From Candidatus Multivorans sp. (GTDB taxonomy: Bacteria; Acidobacteriota; Thermoanaerobaculia; Multivoradales; Multivoraceae): DNA of 64,000 bases. Positions 9,605 to 19,226 of the stretch are shown in pieces; the stretch's first letter is position 1, and the number at the start of each line of letters is the position of its first letter. The notes under the pieces were generated by a model, which worked only from the letters and a program-made list of their open reading frames with translations, was not told where the DNA came from and ran no database searches. The stretch is from NCBI GenBank assembly GCA_965224025.1, contig OZ245033.1, positions 4,576,001 through 4,640,000 of the forward strand. Direction: 5' to 3'. Made by a program: the position numbers and the translations under genes.

Positions 9605-10219
9605 TTACTCCACGACGCGTTTCAGCAGCTCGACGAGCTTCGCCGTGTTCTCCTGATTGTCGTCCTTCGTCATCTTTGCGGCACCGCCGCCTCCGAGCTT
9701 GAAGCCGAGGCCGGTGCCGGCGCCGTAGCCGTGGTAGAGAGCCAGGACTCTGCCGTCCGCGTTGTGGACCAACTCACACTCCAGGAGAGAAACGGACTTT
9801 CCCGCTCCACCGCCGACCGCGTAACGGAGCATCCGGCTGCCCGGCTCCACTTCCAATGTACAGTCGATCCGAAGGGAGTCGTCGTCCGCGCTCGCCCGGG
9901 GCTCATCCAGAACCCGGCTGAACAGCCCCGACTTCTCCAGTCGCTCGGAAAGCTGTTCACGCAACTGAGCATCCAGTTCGCGTTCCTGCAACGGCGCTTC
10001 ATTCGATGCCTTCTTCCAGGCGATGTCCGTTGTGGTCTCGCCGATGGCGACCACCTCGAAGGTCGCGAGGGCATCCCCGTCGTACACCTTCAGCCATCGC
10101 CCCTTGAACTTGCCGGGGTTCTTGCCGATCGTCTCCTCGGCGGCGCTTGCCGCGGGCGCTGCCACCAGAAGCGGCAACACCAGCCATGCCACCGTCCCGA
10201 TCCAACCTGCGTTCCTCAT
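9605..10219 (-). CDS. secreted protein, DUF4410-like
   Basis: Signal peptide; EPGSRMLRYAVGGGAGKS motif. Confidence 0.65.
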   Translation of the reverse strand: MRNAGWIGTVAWLVLPLLVAAPAASAAEETIGKNPGKFKGRWLKVYDGDALATFEVVAIGETTTDIAWKKASNEAPLQERELDAQLREQLSERLEKSGLFSRVLDEPRASADDDSLRIDCTLEVEPGSRMLRYAVGGGAGKSVSLLECELVHNADGRVLALYHGYGAGTGLGFKLGGGGAAKMTKDDNQENTAKLVELLKRVVE

Positions 10220-10247
10220 CTTGCGTGTCCTTGCCGGCCCTCTATGG

Positions 10248-11459
10248 TCAGGTCCTCACGTCGCCTTCCGACCACTCTACCCGCCTCCCCTCCGCAGCCG
10301 ACACGTACGCCGCGTACAGCACCCGCACGACCTCCAGGCCGAGCGCACCGTCGGACTCGGCGGGCTCGCCCGCCAGTAGCGCATCGGCAAACGCCTTGCA
10401 CATGCCGAACTGGCCGGAGGTCCAGTCCTCATCCGGCATCGGGGTCGTCCAGCCGGCGCCGGAGTCGACCTTCTCCATGATGTAGGCGTCGCCGAAGACG
10501 CCGCCGTCGGGCGCGTAGGCGCGGAGCGTGTCGTTGGGGCTCAGGTTGAGGCGCAGGCGACAGTTGCTGGCGAACAGGTCGAGTCCGCTCTCCATGCCGC
10601 CGAGGACGTGATCGCCGCCCCAGGCGACGGCGCGCGAGCCGTCGTCGAAGCCGATCGTGGCGCAGCCCCAGTTCTCGACTTGGCCCCATTCCCCGGCGAT
10701 CCGCAGTTCGCCCTCCGACAGGCCGTCAACCGCACTGAGATCGGCGGTCTCCGCGCTGACCCAGACCGGCAGTACCGCCTTGCCGCGACGGCGCAGGCCC
10801 TCGACCCGCTTCAGGTGCAGCATGGCGCCGACCGGATGGGCGGCGAGCCGAATCAGGGCGCCGCCGCCGGTGTGCCGCCAGACCCGCGAGTAGGGCGAGT
10901 GGGAGCCGCTGTGGCACTCGCCGCCGCGCATCTCTAGCAGAACCGCGTCCGCCTGTTCGAGCAAGCCGAGGGCGCGGCGGAAGGCCGGGGCATAGATCCA
11001 GTTCTCGCCATAGAGGAGCTGTACGCCTGCCCCGTTTGCCGCCTCGACCATGGCGCGCGCGTCCGCCGCCGCCACGCGCAGCATCTCGCGGCGGTCACGG
11101 CCGGCGACCTCGGCGTCGGCCGCCGTCTCCGGCAGGTCCTGGCCGGTGTAGGCGGTCAGGGGCTTGGTGCAGATGACGTGCTTTCCCGCCGCGGCGGCGG
11201 CCTCGGTCATCTCCCGGTGCAGGCTGTTCGGCGCGCAGAGGTCGACGACGTCGACTACGGGGCTCGCCAGCATCGCGTCGAGGTCGTCGAACACGGCCGG
11301 CACGCTGAAGCGGTGGGCGTAGGCCTCGGCTCGTTCCGGACGACGCGAAGCGACTCCCCGGATTGAGGCTGAACGCACCTGCCTCCAGCAGCGGGCCCTG
11401 GTTTCGGCCAGGAATCCGGCTCCGACGATGCCAACGCGTAGCTGTCGCGAATCTCCCAT
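10248..11459 (-). CDS. Gfo/Idh/MocA-family oxidoreductase
   Basis: Rossmann VGIVGAGF, CAPNSLH, GKHVICTKP, GGGAL. Confidence 0.9.
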   Translation of the reverse strand: MGDSRQLRVGIVGAGFLAETRARCWRQVRSASIRGVASRRPERAEAYAHRFSVPAVFDDLDAMLASPVVDVVDLCAPNSLHREMTEAAAAAGKHVICTKPLTAYTGQDLPETAADAEVAGRDRREMLRVAAADARAMVEAANGAGVQLLYGENWIYAPAFRRALGLLEQADAVLLEMRGGECHSGSHSPYSRVWRHTGGGALIRLAAHPVGAMLHLKRVEGLRRRGKAVLPVWVSAETADLSAVDGLSEGELRIAGEWGQVENWGCATIGFDDGSRAVAWGGDHVLGGMESGLDLFASNCRLRLNLSPNDTLRAYAPDGGVFGDAYIMEKVDSGAGWTTPMPDEDWTSGQFGMCKAFADALLAGEPAESDGALGLEVVRVLYAAYVSAAEGRRVEWSEGDVRT

Positions 11460-11605
11460 CGACTCGCGGCGAGCATAGCGCCGGGTGCCAGCGCCGATCT
11501 TCCCCGGATTCCGCCTCGCGCGGATGCCGGCCGGAGGCCGGCGCAGCCAGCGGGCAGGAAGGTACGATTGGCGACCGCCTTCCCCGCCCACACTGAAACA
11601 GGAAC

Positions 11606-13669
11606 ATGGAGACGATCCGCATCGCTGCCGCCGTCTGCGCCGTTCTCCTGGCCGCTCCGGCAGCCGCCCAGCGCGGCGCCCCGGCCGGCGAGTGGCCGAG
11701 CTACGGCGGCGACGTGGGATCGACGAAGTACTCGCCGCTCGATCAGATCGACGCCGGCAACTTCAGCGAGCTCGAAAACGTATGGCGCTGGCGTTCGATC
11801 GACGGGTTTCTGAGCAAGGCGGAGGCCGGCGGCGAGTGGTACGCCAACCGCGAACTGATCTTCGACCAGTTGCTCGAGGAGGATCCGCTGCTCTGGCGCG
11901 CGGGCCGCGCCCCCTTCATCCGCAACCTGAAGGCGACGCCACTGATGCAGGACGGTCTGCTCCTGCTGAACACGCCGATCGCGATCGGCGCCGCCGTTCA
12001 TCCGGCGACCGGCGAAACGGTGTGGGCCTACAACCCGAAGAGCTACGAGAGCGGCACGACGACGATGACCGTGGTCTGGAACCAGCGCGGCGTCGCGTAC
12101 TGGACGAACGGCGAGGAGGGCGACGAAGCCGCCAGCCGCGTCTACTGGGGCACCGGGGACGGCTACCTGATCTCGGTCGACGCCCGCACCGGGCGGCCGA
12201 TCGAGGAGTTCGGGAACCGCGGCCGAGTCGACCTGATGGAAGGTCTGCCGCGCGCCAACCGCGGCGAGCGGGACTACCTGAACGCCCTGCTCTACTCGAT
12301 GCAGTCGCCGCCGGTCGTGGTCCGGAACGTCGTCGTCACCGGCGCCTCGATCGCCGACCGCCGGATCACCAAGGAGTCGATACCGGGCTGGGTGCGCGGC
12401 TGGGACGCACGCAGCGGCGAACTGCGCTGGGTGTTCCGCACCGTGCCGCAGGAGGGCGACGAGGGGGTCGAGACCTGGGGCGACGAGTCCTGGCGCTACT
12501 CGGGCAACGCGAACGTGTGGACGATGCTCTCGGGAGACAACGAGCACGGGATCGTCTACCTGCCCATCGGCACGGCGACGAACGACTTCTACGGCGGCCA
12601 CCGGCCGGGCGACAACCTGTACTCGGAGAGTCTGGTCGCCGTCGACGTCGAGACCGGCGACAAGCTCTGGCACTTCCAGGCGGTCCGCCACGGCCTCTGG
12701 GACTACGACTTCCCGGCCGCCCCGACACTGATCGACCTGCCCGGCAGAAACGGCGCCGACTCCCGGAAGATCGTCGCCCAGGTCAGCAAGCAGGGCTTCC
12801 TCTACGTCTTCGACCGCGTCACCGGGGAACCGGTGTGGGAGATCGAGGACCGTCCGGCGCCGCCGGCAACGATGCCCGGCGACGCCGCCTCTCCCACCCA
12901 GCCCTTTCCGACCAAGCCGGCACCCTTTGAGTACCAGGGCGTCGCCGAGGACGATCTGGCCGATTTCACGCCCGAGATCAATCAGATGGCTCTCGACGCG
13001 ATCGCCAACTTCGAGATCGGGCCGCTCTACACGCCACCGTCCCTCGCGGTACGAGGAGGCAAACAGGGGACGATCTTCCGACCCTCGGCCGGCGGAGGCG
13101 CGAACTGGTACGGCGCCGCGGTCGACCCGGAGACCGGCTGGCTCTACGTGCCGTCGAGGAACGCCTTCAGCATGGTCACGTTCTACACGCCGGACCGAAA
13201 CGAGGGCGGCACGCTCCGCTACACCCACGGCGGCCGCGGCAGACGGCCCGAGATGCCGGAGGGTCTGCCGCTGTTCAAGCCGCCGTACACCCGCATGACC
13301 GCAATCGACCTCAACACCGGCGAGCACGTGTGGATGAAGCCGCTCGGCAACAACGACCGCCTGCGCAACCACCCGCGCCTGAAGGACCTCGACCTGCCGC
13401 CCCTCGGCGGCGACACCTACACCGGTCCGCTGCTGACGAAGACTGTGCTCATCCACGGCCAGCACGCTCCGGACGAAGACGGCGGCAACCGGCTCGTCGC
13501 GCGGGACAAGCGCACCGGCGACGTGATCGCGGACGTGCCGCTGCCCGCGCGCGGACTGGGCACGCCGATGACGTATCTGTATGAGGGGCGGCAGTACATC
13601 GCGCTGACCGTAGCCGGGCGCGCGGAGACGGACTGGGTGCCGGAGTTGCTGGCGTTCGCTCTGCCTTGA
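11606..13669 (+). CDS. PQQ-dependent dehydrogenase (quinoprotein glucose dehydrogenase-like), secreted
   Basis: Signal peptide, WPSYGGD..STKYSPLDQI, WHFQAVRHGLWDYD, GGANW, TPMTY..GRQYI. Confidence 0.92.
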   Translation: METIRIAAAVCAVLLAAPAAAQRGAPAGEWPSYGGDVGSTKYSPLDQIDAGNFSELENVWRWRSIDGFLSKAEAGGEWYANRELIFDQLLEEDPLLWRAGRAPFIRNLKATPLMQDGLLLLNTPIAIGAAVHPATGETVWAYNPKSYESGTTTMTVVWNQRGVAYWTNGEEGDEAASRVYWGTGDGYLISVDARTGRPIEEFGNRGRVDLMEGLPRANRGERDYLNALLYSMQSPPVVVRNVVVTGASIADRRITKESIPGWVRGWDARSGELRWVFRTVPQEGDEGVETWGDESWRYSGNANVWTMLSGDNEHGIVYLPIGTATNDFYGGHRPGDNLYSESLVAVDVETGDKLWHFQAVRHGLWDYDFPAAPTLIDLPGRNGADSRKIVAQVSKQGFLYVFDRVTGEPVWEIEDRPAPPATMPGDAASPTQPFPTKPAPFEYQGVAEDDLADFTPEINQMALDAIANFEIGPLYTPPSLAVRGGKQGTIFRPSAGGGANWYGAAVDPETGWLYVPSRNAFSMVTFYTPDRNEGGTLRYTHGGRGRRPEMPEGLPLFKPPYTRMTAIDLNTGEHVWMKPLGNNDRLRNHPRLKDLDLPPLGGDTYTGPLLTKTVLIHGQHAPDEDGGNRLVARDKRTGDVIADVPLPARGLGTPMTYLYEGRQYIALTVAGRAETDWVPELLAFALP

Positions 13670-13776
13670 CCCTCTGGCCAGCGGCTACGCTTGGATCGCG
13701 GAAACGAAACCCACCTACACGGACTTCCACCACGAGCTGCTAGATGAGATCCACTATGCGAGAGACCTTGAGCTGT

Positions 13777-13816
13777 CATCCATGCGCCCGATGACGGGCA
13801 CACGGACTGGTTCACG
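13777..13816 (+). repeat. palindromic repeat family B, copy 1 (copy 2 at 20402-20442)
   Basis: CATCCATGCGCCCGATGACGGGCACACGGACTGGTTCACG versus CATCCGTGCGCCCGATTGACGGGCGCACGGACTGGTTCACG. Confidence 0.8.
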
Positions 13817-14507
13817 AGCGGCGCGGATCGCGCCGCTCGGGTTGGCGATCTTGGCGGCCTTGCTGGCCGGTTGCGACGGTCCGCCCAACGTCACTGTTGT
13901 CAACGGTCCGGGCGCCCAGTCCATCAAGGGCGAGGTCTGGGCCGACAACTGGTTCGCCTTCTATCTGGGCGAGAGCCTGATCGTCGAGGATTCGACGCCG
14001 ATCACGACGGAGCGGTCCTTCAATGCCGAGACGTTCGTCTTCCACGCCGAGTACCCGTTGCAACTGAACTTCGTCGCCAAGGACTTCAAGCAAGACGATA
14101 CGGGTCTGGAGTACATCGGCCGCGGCAACCAGCAGATGGGCGATGGCGGACTCATCGCACAGTTCACCGATACCGCCACGGGAGCCACGGTCGCGGTCAC
14201 GAACGCTGCTTGGCGATGCCTCGTGATCCACGAGGCGCCGCTCGACCGCGCTTGCGAAGACGAGGCCGAACCGGCGCCCGGCGTCGGCCCTTGCCGGTTC
14301 GCGGCGTCGGCAGAGCCTGACGGCTGGCGCATGCCTGAATTCGACCACGCCGACTGGCCGTCAGCGGTGGAGCACAGCGCAGCCGCGGTGAGACCGAAGG
14401 GCGGCTACGACGACATTCCGTGGCGGGACGGAGCGCGCCTGATCTGGTCAGACGACCTCGAAACGCACAATACGCTGCTGTGTCGCCTAACTGTCGAGCA
14501 ACCCTGA
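13782..14507 (+). CDS. hypothetical lipoprotein (conserved VWADNWF / TERSFNAE family); start uncertain
   Basis: Lipobox LAGC and coding-like composition; the annotated ATG lies inside a repeat. Confidence 0.7.
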   Translation: MRPMTGTRTGSRAARIAPLGLAILAALLAGCDGPPNVTVVNGPGAQSIKGEVWADNWFAFYLGESLIVEDSTPITTERSFNAETFVFHAEYPLQLNFVAKDFKQDDTGLEYIGRGNQQMGDGGLIAQFTDTATGATVAVTNAAWRCLVIHEAPLDRACEDEAEPAPGVGPCRFAASAEPDGWRMPEFDHADWPSAVEHSAAAVRPKGGYDDIPWRDGARLIWSDDLETHNTLLCRLTVEQP

Positions 14508-15203
14508 AGGCGTCCGTTCGATCCGAGCCGGCATCGGCGTCGCTTCGGCCTGACGACGCGCCAGGGAGATCCGGGCGCGGCGCGCCACGAACCACACGCA
14601 GATCAGGAGCAGAGCGATCGCGTTGATCCTGAGCGGCAGGATCATCGTCGTGTGGACGGTCTCGGGCGACGACTGCATCTGGTGGATGCTGCGCCACCAG
14701 TTGACCGAGTAGTACACCAGGGGCGCGTTGACCGAGGCGACGATGCTCGCCGCCGCCGTCCACGGCGCCCGCCGGTGCTCCTCCGCGAAGCGCCGCAGGG
14801 CCAGCACGCCGAGGAAGGTGAGCCACATGACGAAGGTGAAGGTCAGCCGCGGATCCCAGTCCCAGTAAACGCCCCAGGTCGGCTTGGCCCAGACGATGCC
14901 GGAGAGCAGGCCCGCCGTCTCGAGCACGACCCCGACCTCGATCACGCCGACCAGCATGCCGTCGACCCAGTCCTTGCGCGTCCATAGCGAGGCTGCGCCC
15001 ACGAAGCCGGCGCCGAAGAAGCACACCAGGGCGTTCCACTGCAGCGGCACATGGACGTAGAGGATGCGGTAGACGTCGCCCATGTTGCGCTCTCTGGGCG
15101 CCACGAAGAGGCCGATGTAGACGCCCGCGATCAACACGGCGAGCCCCACCAGGCCGAACCAATGCTCCCAGGCCCAGCCGCGTCTCGAGTCTGCCGCCGT
15201 CAT
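14487..15203 (-). CDS. ccmC: heme exporter / cytochrome c biogenesis protein CcmC
   Basis: ILYVHVP, WWD motif WAKPTWGVYWDWDPRLT, SVNWWRSIHQ. Confidence 0.9.
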   Translation of the reverse strand: MTAADSRRGWAWEHWFGLVGLAVLIAGVYIGLFVAPRERNMGDVYRILYVHVPLQWNALVCFFGAGFVGAASLWTRKDWVDGMLVGVIEVGVVLETAGLLSGIVWAKPTWGVYWDWDPRLTFTFVMWLTFLGVLALRRFAEEHRRAPWTAAASIVASVNAPLVYYSVNWWRSIHQMQSSPETVHTTMILPLRINAIALLLICVWFVARRARISLARRQAEATPMPARIERTPSGLLDS

Positions 15204-15230
15204 CGGGCGGGGACGTTAGCACTGGTGTTT

Positions 15231-15260
15231 CCGGATGCGGGCAGGGATGCCCGCGTGCCA
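15231..15260 (+). repeat. REP-like palindromic repeat, family A
   Basis: CCGGATGCGGGCAGGGATGCCCGCGTGCCA; related copies at 11521, 20291 (reverse), 46386 and 62821. Confidence 0.7.
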
Positions 15261-15388
15261 TCAGAGCGCTCGAGGACGGGCGCTCGGAGTGGTTCGCGTG
15301 CGGCACGCGAGCGCGCCATACGGGTTCCCAGGGCCAACGTGCTTGATACGGTCGGCGATCACCCAACGACCGGAGGAACCCTCGCGCG

Positions 15389-16282
15389 ATGACGGATTCG
15401 GCAAACATCCTCGGCAAGCTCGGCGTATGGGCCGGGCTCGACGGTCTTTCGGCGCCCCAGGCAGCCGAGTTCGCAGCCGGCATCGAAGCACGGGGCTACG
15501 GCGCTCTGTGGACACCCGAAGCGATCGGCCGCGATCCATTCGCGCTCGTCGCGTATCTCGGCGCCCGCACGGAGCGCCTGACGCACGCCACGGGCATCGC
15601 GAACATCTACGCCCGCGACGCGATGACGACGAAGGCGGTCCACAAGACGCTCTCCGAGATGCTGCCCGGGCGTTTCGTGCTCGGCCTCGGCGTCTCCCAT
15701 CCGCACTTGGTCACTCACCTGCGAGGCCACGAGTACAAGCCGCCGGTGCCGAAGATGCGCGAGTACCTCGAAGCGGTCGGCAAGGCGTTCTATCGCGGCC
15801 CCAAGCCCGAGCAGGAAGCGCCGATCGTGATCGCCGCTTTGAGACCCTTGATGCTGAAGCTCGCCGCCACCGGCGCCGACGGCGCCCATCCCTACCTGGT
15901 CACCCCGGAGCACACCGGGCGCGCACGCGAGATCATGGGCGACGGGCCGCTGCTATGTCCCGAGCAGAAGGTGATCCTGACCACCGACGCGAAGGCCGCC
16001 CGCGAGATCGGCCGCACCAACCTCTACGTCTACCTGCGCGCCCCGAACTACCAGAACAGCCTGCTCGAACTCGGCTTCAACGAGAACGACTGGAAGGACT
16101 TCCAGGCCAGCGATCGCCTCGTCGACGCGCTCATCGTCTGGGGGACGGAAGACGAGATCCGCGACCGTATTCAGGCCCATTGGGATGCCGGCGCCGACCA
16201 CGTCTGCATCCAGCCGTTCCGGCCCGACGGCAAGCCGGGAGCGGACCTCAAGGCGCTGGCCGCCCTGGCGCCCGGCCGTTGA
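15389..16282 (+). CDS. LLM-class F420-dependent oxidoreductase
   Basis: LWTPEA, ATGIANIYARD, GRFVLGLGVSH, GAHPYLVTPEHT, AGADHVCIQ. Confidence 0.9.
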   Translation: MTDSANILGKLGVWAGLDGLSAPQAAEFAAGIEARGYGALWTPEAIGRDPFALVAYLGARTERLTHATGIANIYARDAMTTKAVHKTLSEMLPGRFVLGLGVSHPHLVTHLRGHEYKPPVPKMREYLEAVGKAFYRGPKPEQEAPIVIAALRPLMLKLAATGADGAHPYLVTPEHTGRAREIMGDGPLLCPEQKVILTTDAKAAREIGRTNLYVYLRAPNYQNSLLELGFNENDWKDFQASDRLVDALIVWGTEDEIRDRIQAHWDAGADHVCIQPFRPDGKPGADLKALAALAPGR

Positions 16283-16310
16283 CAGCCACACCATTCAAGG
16301 AGACACCAAG

Positions 16311-17504
16311 ATGACCAACCGACCACTCGCCCGCGAGATCGCGATCGCCTCCCTTCTCGCCGTGGCCGCCCTCGCCTGCACCGCGGGCGAGGAAGCGCCC
16401 GAACCCGTCGATCTTCAGGCGCCCCTCGCCGATCTGCAGGAAGGCTGGAACACGATCACGCCAAGTGGGGACACGACGTGCTCCGACGGCTCGCCGTTCC
16501 GGTTCTTCGTCCGCGCCGGCGATCCGACCCAGCTCGTCTTCTACCTCCAGGGCGGCGGCGGCTGCTGGAATGCCGAAACCTGCGACCCCCAGGGGGAACC
16601 GACCTACACGATGACCGCGATCGAGGAAATGCGCTCCCCGAGCGGCGCCGACCCCGAAGAAGGCACGGCCCACGGCATTGCCGCCTTCAACCATCCCGAG
16701 AACCCGTTCGCCGACCACAGTTTCGTCTTCGTCCCCTACTGCACGGGCGACGTGCACATCGGCGACCGCGACGCCGTCTACGAGGTGCCGGCGACGGACG
16801 AGGCGCCGGCGCGCGAGGTGACCGTCCACCACCGCGGCTACACGAACGGCAAGGCAGCGCTCGACTGGACCTACGAGCACTTCCTGGGGCCCGAGACGGT
16901 GTTCATCACCGGTTCGAGCGCCGGCTCGATTCCCTCGCCGGTCTATGCGCGCCACTTCGCGGAGCACTACGCCGGCGCGCGGATCACGGCGCTGGGCGAC
17001 GGCGCCGGGGGCTACCGGCAGATCGGCGGCAGCCAGCCGCACGAGGCCTGGGGAACCCTTGCCGCGCTCTCCCACTTTGAGAACATGGCCGACGTCACCA
17101 ACGAGGACTTCTCCTTCGAGGCGCTGTACGTCAAGGCCGCCAAGGCCCACCCCGAGGTCATGTTCGCGCGCTACGACACCGCCGAGGACGATGTCCAACT
17201 GCGCTTCCTGATGCTCGCCGGCGCGAACCCCGAGGAGGGTCTGCAGCCGCTGCTCGACGCGAACGAGGCGGACATCGACGCGGCCCTCGAGGGCCAGGAC
17301 AACTACCGGAGCTACATCGCGCCGGGCGAGCTGCACACGATCATGCTGCGGCCTCAGTTCTACAGCTTCGAGTCCGACGGCGTACGGGTCCGGGACTGGG
17401 TGGCGTCGCTTGCAGCCGGCGAGCCGGTCGCCGATATCCACTGCGGCGACTGCACCGACTCGCCCATGCCCGAGGCGGAGGGCGGCGAAGCGACCGGCGG
17501 CTAA
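16311..17504 (+). CDS. pectinacetylesterase/Notum-family hydrolase, lipoprotein
   Basis: Lipobox LAC, CSDGS, YLQGGGGCW, VPYCTGDVH, GSSAG; AGGAG RBS. Confidence 0.85.
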   Translation: MTNRPLAREIAIASLLAVAALACTAGEEAPEPVDLQAPLADLQEGWNTITPSGDTTCSDGSPFRFFVRAGDPTQLVFYLQGGGGCWNAETCDPQGEPTYTMTAIEEMRSPSGADPEEGTAHGIAAFNHPENPFADHSFVFVPYCTGDVHIGDRDAVYEVPATDEAPAREVTVHHRGYTNGKAALDWTYEHFLGPETVFITGSSAGSIPSPVYARHFAEHYAGARITALGDGAGGYRQIGGSQPHEAWGTLAALSHFENMADVTNEDFSFEALYVKAAKAHPEVMFARYDTAEDDVQLRFLMLAGANPEEGLQPLLDANEADIDAALEGQDNYRSYIAPGELHTIMLRPQFYSFESDGVRVRDWVASLAAGEPVADIHCGDCTDSPMPEAEGGEATGG

Positions 17505-17510
17505 CCGCCC

Positions 17511-18650
17511 TTACTCCGGAAACAGGCTCCGGTCCAGGCCCGGAACGATCTTCAGCGCGTTGCGGAAGTAGATCTTCTCGAGCACCTCATCCGACAGGTC
17601 GAGCCCGTACATCTTCCAGTGCGCGTGGCGCTTGCGGTAGTAGTCGAAGTACTCGTCCGCGGTCTCGAGCACCCGGAAGTAGACGTGGTACTCGCTCGGA
17701 TTGTAGGCGTCCTTGCCCATCAGGACGCGGTCCTGGTACTTGGTGAGAAACGCCGCCGCTGTACGCGGCTGACGGCCGAGTTCCGCCAGGACCGCGCCGA
17801 TCTCGGTGTACATGTTCGGCAGCTCGTCGAGCAGTTCCCCGAGCCGGCCGAGGTCGTTGCCCAACCAACCCAGATGGGCGTTGATGAAGATCGTGCCGGG
17901 GTGACGCCGGAACAGGTTGTGCTGTTCGGTCATCGTCTGCTCGAACGAGGCGAAGCGCGAGGGGTCGTCGCGGCGGCGGTTCGGAAACTGCTTGAGCTCC
18001 AGCCAGCGCTCGTTGTGCTCGTCCCAAGGCGCCCAGAACGGCGACGGCTCGCCGACATGGATCAGGACCGGGATACCCAACTCGCCCGCCTTGGCCCACA
18101 CCGGATCGATCCGCGGATCGTCGGCCGGCACCCGCTTGCCGTCACTGTCGGTCTGGAACATGCTGAGGTTCTTGTAGATCTTGAGACCCTGCGCGCCGGC
18201 CAAAACGTCAGCTTCGAGTTGCGCCGCCGCCTTGCCGGCCCAGCCGGGTTGACCGATGCCGGAGAAGTCGACGTTGGCGAAGACGACGAACCGGCTCGGG
18301 TAGCGGCCCTTCGTGGCCGCGATGTTGGCCTTGAGTCCCTCGCCGCTGCCGCCGCTCAGGTTGACGAACACCGCCATGTTCATCTCGTCCATCTCACGGA
18401 CCATCCGGTCGATCCGGGCCGGGTCGCTGCCCCGCAGGTGGGCGTGGGCGTCGACGAAGGGGAACTTCGCCCGCGTCACCGGACCGCCTGGAACCTTGAG
18501 CGTCGAGCGCGGCTCGTAGGCCTCGACGGTCACGTCCTGCGTGCCCTGGCCGAAGACCGGCAGCGCCAGCGCGGCGATCAGGGCCGCGATCGGCAGGGAT
18601 CGCAGGCCCACTCCAGGGATCGTCGCCGTGCAGCGAAACGGTACCGGCAT
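17511..18650 (-). CDS. amidohydrolase-family protein (Amidohydro_2)
   Basis: DAHAH metal motif, GLKIYK, VLIHV, NAHLG, MGKD. Confidence 0.88.
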   Translation of the reverse strand: MPVPFRCTATIPGVGLRSLPIAALIAALALPVFGQGTQDVTVEAYEPRSTLKVPGGPVTRAKFPFVDAHAHLRGSDPARIDRMVREMDEMNMAVFVNLSGGSGEGLKANIAATKGRYPSRFVVFANVDFSGIGQPGWAGKAAAQLEADVLAGAQGLKIYKNLSMFQTDSDGKRVPADDPRIDPVWAKAGELGIPVLIHVGEPSPFWAPWDEHNERWLELKQFPNRRRDDPSRFASFEQTMTEQHNLFRRHPGTIFINAHLGWLGNDLGRLGELLDELPNMYTEIGAVLAELGRQPRTAAAFLTKYQDRVLMGKDAYNPSEYHVYFRVLETADEYFDYYRKRHAHWKMYGLDLSDEVLEKIYFRNALKIVPGLDRSLFPE

Positions 18651-18747
18651 GTTCTCTTCCTCCAAGGTCCAGGTTGCTTCGTCGGAGGCGCGACCGGATG
18701 CGGAGTCTACGGCAGGTTGGTCACGGCGCGCGCGTATACTCCCCGCG

Positions 18748-19026
18748 ATGTCCATCGTGCGGGCCGCCGAGGTCCTGGTGTTGCTGTTCACCGTGTACAT
18801 CGCCTGTGGACTGGCCTTCGCCCCGTTCTTTGTCTGGCGCGGTGTCGGCCGCGTCGATCCCGCCGCCAAGGCCACCGGCCTTGGCTTTCGGCTCATCATC
18901 CTGCCCGGCGTTGCCGCGTTGTGGCCGGTACTCCTGCGAAGGTGGCTTACCGGCCGCCTGCCTCCCGCGGAGCGCAACGCTCACCGTGACGCGGCCGCCG
19001 CTCGGCAGAGGCGGGTTTCCCCGTGA
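18748..19026 (+). CDS. small hypothetical membrane protein
   Basis: Two hydrophobic segments (Y..CGLAFA..F; FRLIILPG..ALWP); stop overlaps the next start (GTGA). Confidence 0.75.
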   Translation: MSIVRAAEVLVLLFTVYIACGLAFAPFFVWRGVGRVDPAAKATGLGFRLIILPGVAALWPVLLRRWLTGRLPPAERNAHRDAAAARQRRVSP

Positions 19027-19226
19027 TCGGCGGTCTGCGGCGGCGCCACCGTCTGGTCTGGGCGGTGCTGGCCCCGATCCTGGCGGGGCTGCTGACCGCC
19101 GCGCTCCTTCTTCGTCCCGAACCGCCCCTCGTGGACGGCATTCCGGAAGCGCGGGAGTACGAGGCCGGCGCGGATGAGGCTCCTGCAGTGGACGAGACCC
19201 CACCGCCGCCGGACGAGCAACCGTGA
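19023..19226 (+). CDS. small single-TM hypothetical protein
   Basis: LRRRHRLVW followed by a TM segment; GTGA overlaps on both sides. Confidence 0.65.
   Translation: MIGGLRRRHRLVWAVLAPILAGLLTAALLLRPEPPLVDGIPEAREYEAGADEAPAVDETPPPPDEQP

Noticed and set aside
13670-13776. Protein-like open stretch (AWIAETKPTYTDFHHELLDEIHY) upstream of the lipoprotein
   Set aside because: No start codon and no assignable family; it may be a gene scrap, but this is unsupported.
14487-15203. Orphan ccmC as a novelty
   Set aside because: ccm genes are often dispersed, and the rest may lie elsewhere in the genome.
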